Shown here piece after piece: positions 1 through 14,700 of a stretch of 64,000 nucleotides of DNA (position 1 is the stretch's first letter; each line of letters starts with the position of its first letter). The notes beneath the pieces are model-generated. The model searched no databases. It worked only from the letters and a program-made list of their open reading frames with translations, and had not been told where the DNA came from. Origin of the DNA: the human T2T-CHM13v2.0 reference genome, Homo sapiens; NCBI RefSeq assembly GCF_009914755.1, contig NC_060947.1. One strand, given 5' to 3'. Both the position numbers and the translations under genes were made by a program.

Positions 1-1520
1 TTGGCATTTCACTGTCTTGATGGTGTCCTTTGAAGCCCAAAAGTTTAAAATCTTTGTGAAGTCCAATTTATCTATTTTTTTTCTGTTCATGCTTTTGGTG
101 TCATATCTAGGAATTATTTGCCTAATCTAAGGTCATGAAGATATACCCCTATGTTGTTTTCTGCAAATTTTATAGTAATAGCTCTTATATTTAGGTCTTT
201 TGTTCATTTTGAGTTAATTTTTGTATATACTGTGAGGTAAGGTCAAACTTCATTCTTTTGTATGTGCTTATCTAGCTGCCCCAGCACCATTTGTTGAAAA
301 GATCATTCTTTCCCCCATTGGGTTCTCTTGACACCCTTATTAAAATCAGTTGTCCCCAGAGACATGAGTTTATTTCTGGACTCTCAATTCTATTTCATGG
401 ATCTATACTTCTATCCTTGTACCACTACTGTCTTGACCAGTTGCTTTGTCATAAATTTTGAAATCAGGAAGTGTGAGTCTTCCTATGTTTTTTCTTTTAT
501 CAAGGATGTTTAGACTAAAATGGGTACCATTAATATTTGACAAGGAAAATCAATTGTGGGAATAGCATTTTTAAAACATTTTATGTGTCATTTTTAAAGA
601 ATTCTTACTTTTGTGGGTACATAGTAGTTGTACATCTCATAAGTACATGAGATGTTTTGATACAGGCATGAAATGTGTAATAATCACATCATGTGAAATG
701 GGGTACCCATCCCCTCAAGCATTTACTCTTTGTGTTACAGACAATTCAATTATGTTCTTTTAGTTATTTTAAAATAACTAAAAACTATTGACCATAGTCA
801 CCCTGTTGTGACTTAACAAAATGATCTCCAGTTCCATCCATGTTGTTGCAAATGATAGAATCTCATTCTTTTTGATGGCTGAGTAGCACTCCATTGTGTA
901 TATGTACCATATTTTATTTAGCCATTCATCTGTTGATGGAAATTTAGGTTGCTTCCGAATCTTGGCTGTTTTGAATAGTGCTGTAACAAACATGGGAATA
1001 CAGATATCTCTTTGATATACTGATTTCCTTTCTTTTGAGTATATGCTCAGCAATGGGATTGCTGGATCATATGGTAGCTCTATTTTTAGTTTTTGGAGGA
1101 CCCTTCAAACTGTTCTTCATAGTGGTTATACTAATTTACATTCCCACCAACAGTGTATGGGAGTTCTCTGTTCTCTACATCCTTGCAAACATTTGTTGTT
1201 GCTGTCTTTTGGATATAAGCCATTCTAACTGGGGTGAGATGATATCTCACTGTAGCTTTGATTTGCATTTCTCTGATGATCAAACAGGCAGAGCACTTGT
1301 TACATGCTTGTTTGCTATATGTATGTCTTCTTTTGAGAACTGTCTATTCAAATCAATAAGGAATTCTCTATAAATACATATATGTGAATATATTTCTAGA
1401 CTCTCTCTTTAGTTCCATTGACACATTTCTATTGTTATGACAATACTACACTCTTCTGATTATTGTGACTTTATAATAAGCCTTGAAATTAAGTAGTGTA
1501 ACCCATGCAACTTTTGTTGT

Positions 1521-1601
1521 CTTTTTTTTTTAACTTATTACACTTTAAGTTCTGGGATACATGTGCAGAACGTGCAGGTTTCTTACACAGGTATACACGT
1601 G
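1521..1601 (-). mobile_element. Short 5'-truncated L1PA 3' end
   Basis: T-tract + 'actttaagttctgggatacatgtgcagaacgtgcaggttt...ggtatacacgtg'; flanked by repeated 'ttgttgtcttttt' (TSD). Confidence 0.8.
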
Positions 1602-1961
1602 TTGTTGTCTTTTTAAAAGTTATTTTGGCTACTCTAAGTTCTTTGTACTTATACATGAATGTGAACACCAGCCTGTCAATTTCTATTTTTAAAAAAGTCT
1701 TTCAGGTTTTTGATATGGATTTTATTGAATCTATATATGAATTTGGAAAGAATGTACATCTTAACAGTAGTAAGTCTTCCAACTCATGAATAAGATAGCT
1801 ATCTCCATTTATTTAGGAGACAAATACCAAAATAAACTTTATTTAGGCATTTATCCTTCATTAATTTATCACTGCAATATTTCTTAGTTTTTGGTGTACA
1901 GATCTTCTACATATTTCATCATAGTTATGTCTATGTATTTCATGTTTTCTAGTGTTACTTT

Positions 1962-2291
<330 letters not shown>

Positions 2292-3239
2292 TAATTTCAA
2301 TTTCCAATTTCTCATTGCTAGTATATAAAATAGAATTAATTTTTGTGTATTGATATTTTATCTTGTGACCATGCCAAATTCAATTATTAGTTCTAGAAGC
2401 ATTTTTATTTTAGATTTGTACAGGTTTCTGCATAGACTAAAGACGGTTTTGCTTTTCCCTTTCCAATCTGGAGGTCTTTTTCTTTCTTCGTTGCACTGAG
2501 CAACAAGTATAATGTTGAACAACCACTCCACCTCTGTGAACTCAAATGTCTTAGGTTGTAGTTTCCTGCATGCAAACACCCCGCACAACTTCTGGCAAAT
2601 GAATATCTCCCTCATCCCTCCTGTTAAAACCCAAATCTGGTACTACACAGACTGAGATGAACACAATGCCCATAGTTGAAACAAGACTAATAAGATACTC
2701 AGTAGAACAAGGCTGTTTACAGCATGAGAGCCTGACAGCCTGAAGGCAGCGATTTCAGATTGGAAAACAGAAAACTGAAGGGACCTCTATGGACACTAGG
2801 AAAAGAATGCGGGATGGAACTTTTCCCTGACAGTAACCAAGAAGTGAGTGGTCTTCAAGTTACATAGGATAAATTTTTAGGAGGGAAGTGGGATGATTCA
2901 CATCTCTGCATACAGCTAAATCGGCCATATTACCTTGGAGGGATTTTTGGTAAGATGTACAAAAATTAGATAATCGTGAAGGGTAGGAGAGAATGGAGTG
3001 AGCCACTCAATGAGGTGGCCATGGGGGAAGGCTTGGAGGGAACACTCTCTCCCCACGATGTGACCCACCAGAACTTAATATGGGGAGATGGAGAGGGTAG
3101 CAGGTTAGTTTGGATGGCTGTATAGGGTTGCTAATGAAATGCTACGTTTCTCCAACCAGAGCATCTTGGCCCCCTCACTGCCACCCCTCCCCCACCATCA
3201 CCACAGAGGTGTCAGGTTGGTGCTTTGTATATTTAAGCC

Positions 3240-3345
3240 TTCCAGAGCCACCACTGGATGGGTAGTGGCTCTCTGACTAGTCAAAGCTTAGGGATGTGGT
3301 TCGTCATTGTCCTGGGAGGGGTATATATGGGGAGGCCAGGTGGCC
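3240..3345 (+). promoter_or_regulatory. CSAG/VCX/SPANX-type testis promoter remnant (half-CRE + TATA)
   Basis: CGTCA at 3302-3306 and TATATAT at 3322-3328 in 'gggaggggtatatatggggagg', ~55 bp upstream of ATG 3382; resembles recalled promoter shared by these families. Confidence 0.5.
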
Positions 3346-4030
3346 TGGAGTAGACCATTGAGAGACGAGGACAAGGTGAAGATGGCCAAGAAACCATAAG
3401 CCTCCAGCCCAGTTGTGGAACAACCACCTGCCAACACCAAAGAGGCGAGGAGGAGGAAGACCCCTTCTCAGTCAAGGTCCAGAAGCCCTATCAAGGTGAG
3501 GAACCCACCCAAGCTCCTCCTCGTCTTCCCCTTGACTCCTCCCTCCCAAGACTTCTACCCTATCCTGGCCTGACACAACCCCCCACCCCAGCCTGTATCC
3601 CTTCTCATGAAACCCGTCTTTCCATCCCTCCTCCATCCACTTCCCCAAAACCAATGCCTTTCTGTGATCTCCTTGTTGTCCTTTCAGGTTCCCAAACCAG
3701 CAAGGGAAAAGAAACACTTTGATGGCGTTCCAGAAAAGAAGCCTCTCCCAAAATGACCACTGCTTGAGGAAAACTCCAGGAAGGGAGTAGGCCAACACTA
3801 CCAGGCCACCGTGACCAGCTGAATGAGGAGCTCAATCAAAACGAGCCACAGCGGGACCAAAACCATCTCCAGTGTGTCCCCTGGGCAGCCAGTAATTTCA
3901 GGGCAATACCAGAGACCTGAGATCTATCTGCAAAGTCACCAGAGGTCTAGTCCCCAGAGAAATAGCCAACAAGGTCTAGGGTACATTTTATACCCAGCAG
4001 GGCATGCTCCATGGTGATGAAAATTAAATG
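3340..4030 (+). pseudogene. Two-exon CSAG-family (CSAG/VCX/CXorf51-related) unprocessed pseudogene
   Basis: Reads QVAWSRPLRDEDKVKMAKKP*ASSP then (+1) LWNNHLPTPKRRGGGRPLLSQGPEALS, close to recalled CSAG2 QVDWSRLLRDAGLVKMSRKPRASSPLSNNHPPTPKRRGSGRHPLNPGPEALSK. Donor AAG|GTGAGG 3495/3496, 192-bp intron, acceptor ctttcAG|G 3687/3688. TAA at codon 6 (3397-3399) plus frameshifts. Confidence 0.8.
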
Positions 4031-4034
4031 ACTC

Positions 4035-4247
4035 ATAGAACAGAAATATATAAAAATATATGTTGAATGTTAACAGGTATTTTCACAGGTTTGACTTGTT
4101 TCTTGATAGTTATTCAGACACTAGGGGAAGGTAAATAAAAGTAAATGAAATAAGCAACTAAATGAGACCTAATAATTGGCCTTTGATTTTAAATATTTAA
4201 TTTGTTATTATAAACCTTATCAATAACAATAAATCTAAATCAAAAAA
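4035..4247 (+). pseudogene. Retroposed 3'-UTR fragment of an unidentified mRNA
   Basis: AT-rich non-repeat sequence, AATAAA 4228-4233, short A-tail, 16-bp TSD with 2 mismatches (4019-4034 gaaaattaaatgactc / 4248-4263 gaaaactaaatgagtc). Confidence 0.65.
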
Positions 4248-5291
4248 GAAAACTAAATGAGTCTGTTGTAAACTGATATGTGTGTCTACATGTTCTCCGA
4301 TGGTGGGGAGAGAGGAAGGAGGGAAGAGGTAGTGTGTGGGAAGAGATGGAGGTGGGTGTTGCCCGGTTGGGGTCACATGGGCAACCCCAGCCAGGTTGAT
4401 TCACAGTTAGCCAAGCACATAGGAGAAGGATTGGGTCGGGGCTGAATTCTGGAGACAAATTTCCTCCTTAACACATTGGCCCATGGGAGAAGAGGAAAAG
4501 GTTGGTATATCCGTGTGTGCTTGCAGGGCTGTGGACCCAGCTGGGGAGAGGAGTTATGTGTATGGTTCCAGCGTCGCCCCCCATAAAAGGCACACAAAGT
4601 AATTGCCCTCATAAAAACCAAAAACCTTCCTACTAAAAATCATGAACAGCACTCTGAAGCACTAAATTAATGGTGTTTGGACATTGAAAATCCAACACTG
4701 ATTCAGCAACACTCTCGCTTAAAAAATACCTTTGGAATGGAGCAGTTGGCTACCAAGGATGGGGTGTGGGAGTGGCTCCTCCCCCGTGCAGGCAATAAAG
4801 GGGAGCATTGTCTACATATTATTATTCAAGTTCAATTTTTATTTGAGACAATTGTAGACTCACATGCAGTTGTAAGAAATAATACAGATAGACCCTGTGC
4901 ACCCTTTATGTACCTTCCTCTAATGATAACATCTTGCAAAAGTGTAGTACAGTATCACAATTAGGATATTAACTTGATACAGTCAAGACATAGAACAGTC
5001 ACCACAAGGGTCCCTCATGTTGCCCTTTTATAGCCACAGCCACTTTCTTCCTACACCACCTTCTCCTCCTCAACCCCTAGAAACACCACTCATCTGTTCT
5101 GTATTTTTATCATTTTATCATTTCAAGAATGTTATTTGAATGCAGTCATACAATTATGTAAGCTTTTGGTACTGGCTTTTTAAAAATCTGGCATGACTGT
5201 CTGGCGATTCATCCAGCTTATTGTGTGTATGAACAGTCTATTTCTTTTCATTGCTGAGTAGTATTCCAAGGGACCTGGATGAACCACAGGT

Positions 5292-5594
5292 TTTGTTTGT
5301 TTGTTTGTTCGAGATGGAGTTTCGCTCTTTCACCCAGGCTGGAGTGAAGTGGCGTGATCTCAGCTCATTGCAATCTCCGCTCCCCGCCGGGTTCAACTGA
5401 TTCTTCTGCCTCAGCCTCCCAAATAGCTGGGATTGTAGGTACCCGCCACCATGCCCGGCTAATTTTAAATTTTTAGTAGAGACGGGGTTTCGTCATGTTG
5501 GCCAGGCAGGTCTCAAACTCCTGACCTCAGGTCATCCACCCGCCTCGGCCTCTCAAAGTGCTAGGATTACAGGTGCGAGCCATCGCACCCGGCC
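5292..5594 (-). mobile_element. AluS element
   Basis: Antisense Alu with (TTTG)n tail, ends 'gcacccggcc'. Confidence 0.95.
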
Positions 5595-6247
5595 AGCAGT
5601 TGTCTTTTAAACCATTAGTCTGTTGAGGGACATCTGGGCTGTTTCCAGTACTTGCTTATTAATAAAGCTGCAGTGAACATTCTTGTACAGGATTTCGTGT
5701 GAATATAAGTTGTTAGTTTTCTAAAATAAATTCCCAGGTGTGTGATTGCTGGGTTGTTTGTTAGTTGTATATTTAGTTCTAGTTGTTTTTTAATGAATAG
5801 GCTTTATTATTAGAAAAATTTTGGACTGGTAGAAAATTGAGGAGATAGTACGTTTCCCATATACTCCTTTTGTCCCCTGTACAAAGTTTTCTCTATTATT
5901 ATCCTCTGCTAGTATGCTACATTTTTCACAATTAATGAACTAGTATCGTTATTGATACATTGTTTTTAACTAAAGTCCGTAGTTTACATGAAGGTTCACT
6001 CTTTGTGTTGCAAGGATCTTTGGGTTTTGACAAATGCATAATATTGTGTATCCACCATTACAGTTTCACCACCCAATGAATATGTGTGCTTCACCTATTT
6101 ATCCCTCCCTTGCTGCCTCCAAAACTCTGGTAACCACTGATCTTTGTAACTGTCTCTCCAGCTTGCCTTTTCTAGAAAGTCATGCAGTTGGAATCACACA
6201 ATATGTTGTCCTCTCAGACCGGCTTCTTCACTAGGTTCCTCCGTGGG

Positions 6248-6585
6248 TTTTTTGTTTGTTTGTTTATTTGTTTGTTTTTATCGTTGTTGTTTACAGACAG
6301 TGTCTTGCTCTGTCACCCAGGTTGGAGTGCAGTGGTACCATCACAGCTCACTGTCCATAATAAACCTTGAACTCCTGGGCTCAAGAAATCCTTCTGCCTC
6401 AGCCTCCTGAGTAGCTGTGACTACAGGCACACACCACCACGCTCAACTATTTTCTTAAATTTTTGTACAGACAGGGTCTCAGTATATTGCTCAGGCTGGT
6501 CTTGAATTCCTGGCCACAAACGATCCTTCCACCTTGGTATCCCAAAGTGCTGGGATTCCAGGTGTGACTCATCGTACCCGACCTG
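6248..6585 (-). mobile_element. AluJ element
   Basis: 'gtggtaccatcacagctcactg...aactcctgggctcaag'; diverged AluJ diagnostics. Confidence 0.9.
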
Positions 6586-7159
6586 ACTTATTTTTATTGA
6601 TAACATTTCATTGTCTGTAAGTACCACCGTTTATTAATTCATTCACGTATTGAGCACCTCTTGGTTGCTTCCAATTTTTGGCAACTATGAATAAAGGAAT
6701 TTCCACTAAAGGAAAACGCTTGCTCACAAGTAGAGATAGAATCCAGGCAAAAATCTAGTCCACTACTAGTTCATGCAGCTCCAGAGGCAAAGAGGAAATG
6801 CGGTTTGTGGACAAGTTACTGTTGGAAGAATGATGGTTTTTGATGACAGCTGCAAGGTACACAAGCCCATTCTGTGATAATACCTCAAATGAATGCATCA
6901 CTTTGTTAGCTTCCAGCTGCAGATGCTGAGCCACAGCTTCTATAACCCCCACCCAGAAACCTGCTCCCCAGAGCTCTTCTGTAAAGCTGCTGGCTCCAGG
7001 CATGTCCCTCATGCTTCAGGGTGTGGAGGCCCTCCAGGGCTGGCTACACCGGGGTCCTGAGTTGGCCTAAGCTTGTGGAGGACCAGAGAGGTTGTGCCAG
7101 GCAGAGGCTTAATATCACCTTTCAAAATTAAACAAGAAAATATCTTTTTATTGGAAATT

Positions 7160-7490
7160 TCTGGTTTCTGGTCTGGCATATAAGGAGCTTAGAAGTCATC
7201 ACTCTCATCCTCACAACAAGAACAGAAACTGAGCAAAGCAGAAATCAGTAACTCTTCTCAGATTCATCGGAGAACTAAGGTCACAGAGCAAAGCAGTGCC
7301 CCCAAAACTGGAGAGCTAGACAGGTGGATACAGAGAATCACAGCTTACTGAAGCAGAAGCCCAGAAACAGAAATCACTTTTGGAGCCAGTAATGGTGCAG
7401 AAAACTTAAACTGTAACTGATGAACTGCTGGAGGCTCAGTGTGGACAAACTTGAGAGTTAAAGTCTTCAAGGTTGCCCAGTCTTAGGTTG
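7160..7490 (+). mobile_element. Old L1 5' end fragment (L1MD-like)
   Basis: 'tggcatataaggagcttagaagtcatcactctcatcctcacaacaag...ggatacagagaatcacagcttactg'. Confidence 0.55.
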
Positions 7491-7494
7491 TTGG

Positions 7495-9200
<1,706 letters not shown>

Positions 9201-9229
9201 TGGGTTAACATTAACAATTCAGAGTTCAC

Positions 9230-12200
9230 TGACTGCACTCACTCCTGCATGACACGGGGTCTCTATCCTCTTGTAAACATGACTCAGTTGTTTTTTTTGT
9301 TTTGTTTTGTTTTGTTTTGTTTTAATTTCTGGAGCTGCCGCATGTGTGTTCATGAATAGCGCTCTGGTGAAATTTATACTTTCTCCCCTAGTCCAGACCC
9401 TGGGAAGCCATGGGAGGTCAGGGCCCACAGCATCACCTGTGGTCAGTGAATTCTGGAGTTGGTGCTATGCAGATGCTGTCTACAGAGTCTCTATTTCTTG
9501 CAATTTCACCCCAAACTGGAAGCTTTGGGCCACCTGCCCCTTTGACTACGGAAGTGGCACTTAAATTTCAAAAGCAAGATGGTCACAATGATCATAATAA
9601 GCAGGAAACTTGAGTGGCAAACAGGGAATCTCATCTGCAGAGAGGAGCAGACTCTGTTAACAGAACACAGTGCTTTTAGAGCCAAGATAGAAGAACAGAC
9701 AACAAGTATGTTGCTTAACTTATATACCCACATGAAATCGAGGCTCAATAAGCAGTAGGCTGGGTAAACTGCTCCAATAAAGTTTTAATCCATCTCCCAG
9801 TTTCCAGACCTGAGCCAATTCTCAGACACAGAATTTATTAACTGAACATAACACAATGGTAGAGTCCTCTTGAGGAAACCACCTGCAATACTATGGCAAG
9901 TTGATACAATAGTGGTTTTCCAAGCCCAGTTTCCAAAGGAACCTATGTCTATTCACCTCAGTAACTGAACACTGGGAAGGGGGAAAACACTCAAACATTT
10001 CAAGGACCGCTGGACACAGAATCTGCATTGACACTGACACCTAGGACCTGAAGCTTCATCATGGCCCCCTGTTTGTTAGAGTGGAAGCAAATGTGGGCCA
10101 GGAATAAATGGAGTTCTTGCCTAGGTCTGACCCAGAGTGCCCATTTATCCAGTTTCCAAATGGGAAATTGAAATGGACTTCCTCGATAATGGGCACAAAC
10201 CCTGACTGGGTCCGTGGCTGTTAGTAGAAGAGCTAGCAGAGTAGAGAAGGCCAAGTGCACTTCCTGCACCTTGGCCATGATAGTAAGTAATAAACAATAT
10301 TGCATCCTGAGGGATGGAAAATGTTAATGACACCCTTAATACCTAAAGGATGTAGGGGTGGTGATCCCCATCATATCTTAATTTAAGGTAGCAGCCTGGC
10401 TCCTACAAGAACCTGATGGGTCACTGGGACTACTGCAACTTTGCACTACTGCAAGCTCAATGGCAAGAGCCTTTAACAGATTTGTTATCTTCACTAGAAC
10501 AGATCACCACGGCCTCAGGCACATGGCATGTCGCTACTGATCATCATGAGCTAGGTTCTGTCAGACCCACAAAGTCAGGTGATTCCAAAAGTAATCTGTG
10601 ATAAGATAGAAGTAGCATATCCAGGACCAGATACCAGCACGGCCATAGATTACAAGCAGGTGACCTAATCCCCAATGTCATCTGCCACTGTTGTGTCTGT
10701 GTCTCTCCTTCAGCTCTTTTTTATTCCTATAGATTAATGGACCAGGAAGTTCTCTTATGACCAGCTGCTGGAGGAGTAGAAGTGCTGAGCTTAGATAATA
10801 GATGGTTTGGCCGGATTTAGAGCGCAACCTGAAAATGAACTTCTGTTGTAATACTACCTCAATCGTATGTGGTCAAGAAATACATTGTTGAGCAGAAATC
10901 CCCAGGTGGCAGAGCTTCAAATGGTGCATCTGATGATCCACTTCATATCTAAAAAAGAAGTGACCCAAACTACGAATGGACTTATGGACAGTGAAAAATA
11001 AATTGGACAGCTGCTCAGGGACTTAGAATGAGAAGTAGTGACAGATTGCAATAAGCAGGATTGGGGACGGAGGTTTATTGATGGACGTATGAGAAGGGAC
11101 ACTATATGTGAAGATATTTGTATCACGTCTTAAGGCTCAAGAGAGCATTCACCATGGAAGAGACACTAAACGTTTAATCAAGAAAAAAATGACCTAACTA
11201 GTTGACATTAGCCAGCCTCAGTCGCTGGCCACATTAATGCTACACAATGGCCTTATGTGTGCAATAGCCACGGTGGAAGAAGTGGATGCTATGCATGTGT
11301 TCAACAGCATGGGTCCCCATTCACCCAGGCATATCCAGCTATTTTTGCCAAATGTTCAAACTGCCAGCAACAGAGGCCAGTGCTGAATACCCAGTAGGGC
11401 ACCATTACTTAAGGAGACTAATCAGCCCCTTGTGGCTTGTTGATTGCGTCCAGCAAATTCCATCCTGGAAGGAGCAGAGATTCATCTTTACTGGAATTTG
11501 TACACATTACAGGTATAAGTTTGACTTTCCTGCTCACATTTCTTTGTCGGGCACCACTAACACAGGGCTTAAAGAATGTTGGATACACTGAGCCAGGATA
11601 CTCCATACGATCAGCTGGGACCAAGGGACCCACATATAGCAAAGGAAGTGCTCAGTGGGCACATGACCGTATGATCTAAAGTTGTTATCTCATACTGCGC
11701 CACCCAAAAGCCACTGGTCTACTGGAATAATGGAGTGGCTTCTTCACAGTGCAAATGAGGTGCAAATTTGGAGATCACAGCCTTGAGGATGGGGTGTCAT
11801 TCTCTACTGTACTGTATATACCCTAAATCTATTACCATTCTCTTCCATCAATAGATAGAATACATGATGCAGATACCAAAGGGTGGAATGACCTCACTTA
11901 CTGTCACTCCCTGTGACCTGTATGGGAATTTGTACTTTCTGCTACATGAGTTTAGGTTCTGTAGTTCTAGAACTGTGCTTTCCAATAAGGTGTCACTAGC
12001 CACATTTAGCTATTTGCACATAAGTTTACACTATTTAAAATTAAATTTAAAGTTCAGGTCCTCAGTCACACTAACCAGGTTTGTATACTCAATGGTCACA
12101 TGTGGCTGCTGGTTACCCTATTGGACAGTGCTGGCTAGATATATTGGTTCCCAAAGTAAGATTACTTCCACCTGGAAAAAAACAATTTAATGGGACTCTT

Positions 12201-12745
12201 TCCATTAAATTTCAAGCTATTGCTCCCATCTGGGCACTTTGAGCTTCTCATGCTATAGGACCAGCAAGCATAAAAAGGAGTTGCCATGCTTGCAGGGATA
12301 TTGGCTCTGATCATCAGGAGGAGGTAGGGCTGCCCTTATACAATGGGAACAGAGAGGAATGTTTGGCTCTCGAGTGACCCCTTGAATGTGTCTTCGTAGT
12401 CCCCTGCCAGATTTCTATAGTATAGGGACAATTGTAAGTGCCACAGCCTGAGAAGGTCGTGGAGGACCAGGAGCCCAGAACCTTCCGGGATGAGGGTTTG
12501 CACTACTCTATTGGGTAAGTAATAGAGAACAGCAAAGATTCTGGTTGAAACCGACAGTACTCTAGAATGGATAGTAGACAAGGAACAGAATTATCATCAG
12601 TTGTGGCTTAGAGGCCAGCTGCCACAGAGGGCCTATCGTTTGTACACTCTTCTTTCTCATGTGAACTTCTTTAGTAAGGGATCACCAGAATCCTTGAGGA
12701 GTTGTGCTCAAATGAGGTGAACTTTCTACATGAAAAAGTAGGGTT
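9230..12745 (+). mobile_element. Ancient ERV-L class internal region (ERV3-16A3/ERVL-E-like), heavily degenerate
   Basis: Protease-like QTFQGPLDTESALTLTP (~9990-10045); integrase-like SWKEQRFIFTGICTHYRYKFDFPA (ORF 11286); dUTPase-like LNFKLLLPSGHFELL (~12205). Confidence 0.8.
11967..12138 (-). mobile_element. MER3-like hAT-Charlie DNA transposon
   Basis: 'cactagccacatttagctatt...ctcagtcacactaacc...cacatgtggctgctggttaccctattggacagtgctg'; flanked by ctaga. Confidence 0.7.
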
Positions 12746-12747
12746 AA

Positions 12748-13430
12748 TCCACTGCTTGGCATATACCCAAAAGAAAGGAAATCAGGATATCGAAGAGATA
12801 TCTGCACTCCCATGTTTGTTGCAGCACTGGTCACAAAACCCAAGATTTGGAAACAACCTAAGCATCCATCCACAGATGAATGGAATAAGAAAATGTGATA
12901 CATATACGCAATGGAGTACTATTCAGCAATAATAAAGAATGAGATCCTGTCATTCACAACAACAAGGTGGAACTGGAGGGCATTATGTTAAGTGGAATAA
13001 GCCAGGCACAGAAAGACAAACTTTGCATATTCTCACTGATTTGTGGGAGCCAAAAATGGCAACAATTGAACTCATAGAGACAGAGTAGAAGGATGGTTAA
13101 CAGAGTCTGAGAAGGGTAGTGGAGTGGGGGGGGGGGGGAAGGATGTTTAATGAGTACAAAAATATAGTTAGATTGAATGAATCTAATATTTGATCATACA
13201 ACAGGGTGACTACAATCAACCATAATTTATTGTACATTTTAATAACAAAAAAGAGTATAATTGAAATGTGTGTAACACGAAGAAAGGATAAATGCTTGAG
13301 GTGATGGATATTCCATTTACCCTGATGTGATTATGCATTGCATGCCTGTCTCAAAATATCCCATGTGCCCCATAAGTATATATGCAGCTACTATGTACCG
13401 CAAAACATTATAAATAAAAAAAATAGAAAA
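12748..13430 (+). mobile_element. L1MA-type 3' end inserted in the ERV
   Basis: Sense L1 3'UTR with G-tract 13125-13138 and A-rich tail; approximate TSD aaaaagtagggttaa / aaaatgtaggtttaa. Confidence 0.85.
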
Positions 13431-13465
13431 AAATGTAGGTTTAACTGTTGCAAGAGAAGATGGAC

Positions 13466-13740
13466 TGTAGTGGATGGTATAGTGCTACCAAGATCTTTGC
13501 TTTATAACTGAGGCGCTCATTCCCCCAAAGGTATTGTTTGTTGATGACCGATAACCAGGGTCCTCTCCATGGACGGCCCTCAGTTGTAGGAAACTTCCTT
13601 TCCGGGGTCAGCTTCCTTCTAGTGACTAGTCAAGGAATCAATGGGAGGAGTACGAAGCCCCCATCCCCCTGCTTCGTATGGGGTTACTTCTTCAAGGCTA
13701 TCCTGGTTGCTTTCTGTTTTCAAAAATTACTGTAACTACT
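13466..13740 (+). mobile_element. LTR16-like 3' LTR fragment
   Basis: Purine tract 'aagagaagatggac' then TG start 'tgtagtggatgg'; LTR16-like motifs 'tgactagtcaaggaatcaatgggaggagtacgaagccccc'. Confidence 0.55.
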
Positions 13741-14479
13741 GTGCTCCGAAATGACAGCAGAATGAAGTGGAAGTTAGACCCTGAGATATCACCACTATTG
13801 GAGGCTTAAGCCATGGGCAGGGGCCATCCCTGTCCGCTGTCGGGAACTCTAAAAATAGACTCCTCAGGAATTTGACTTGGGCTCAATCAAAAGCCAGAAT
13901 CTCAAGCCTACTGTGTCCTGTTACTTGTTTCAGCAAATGAGATAACCTCTGTGGCCCACTGAATAAACTGTAAAGTACTAGTGAGAGGATGCTATTATTG
14001 CTGTCACAGCAATAGTTCTGCATCCCACAGTAAGCCAGTGTGGTGGATAAGAACTGAGCTTTGAAATCAAAACACCTGTTACTTGAGAGCTCCACTGAAA
14101 AAATGCCTGTGACCCACCCCGGGCTGCCCAGCACTGCACAATGATGGCAGAAGCCATTCAGGATGTGAAGGGGCTTCACCAGGACTGGACACTAGGAGGC
14201 TGCAGAAAGTAAGAACATTTGACAGATGCAACAGCACCCTCTGGAGCACCCGAGGATCAGGGGAAGCCTTAAGGACGAGGATAACTGTACACAGTTGACA
14301 GATCATTTACTGTGCCAGGCAGTGGGATAAGTGCTTCAAGTTCCTCACAGCCCCGTGGAGGACAAGTTTCGGCCATATTTTACCAACCTTCCACGAGCTG
14401 TCTTACTGGATCCTGAAGCCGCACACACACCAGTGACTACTGAGGTCAGGAGTTGCTGATTTAATAAACACTCCCATGA

Positions 14480-14700
14480 CACTTACTATGTACCAGGCAT
14501 TGTTTATGTGCTTGACAGATATTACCTGATGCAGTCCTTATATGTGCTTCGTGAAGTACATGCTACTGCTATTCATGTTTGACAGATGAGGGAACTGAGA
14601 TACAAGGAGTTTGGAAGCTCGCCCATGATCACACAACTAGGAAGTGGCAGCGCCAAGACTCATATCCAGGCTGGCTGGGTCCAGAGCCCCTGCTTCCAGC
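14480..14700 (-). mobile_element. MIR
   Basis: MIR core 'gacagatgagggaactgagatacaaggag...cccatgatcacacaactaggaagtggcag'. Confidence 0.75.

Larger units (their letters stand above)
4830..6700 (-). mobile_element. L1MC/L1MD-type 3' end fragments (interrupted by two Alus)
   Basis: 'gttgtaagaaataatacagatagaccctgtgcacccttt', 'ttaactaaagtccgtagtttacatgaaggttcactctttgtgtt'. Confidence 0.7.

Noticed and set aside
6755-7012. LRR-looking peptide (LSQNGLVYL / LSTNRISSLP) in unique sequence
   Set aside because: Spacing does not fit the LRR consensus, no splice context or TSD seen; a BLAST would be needed.
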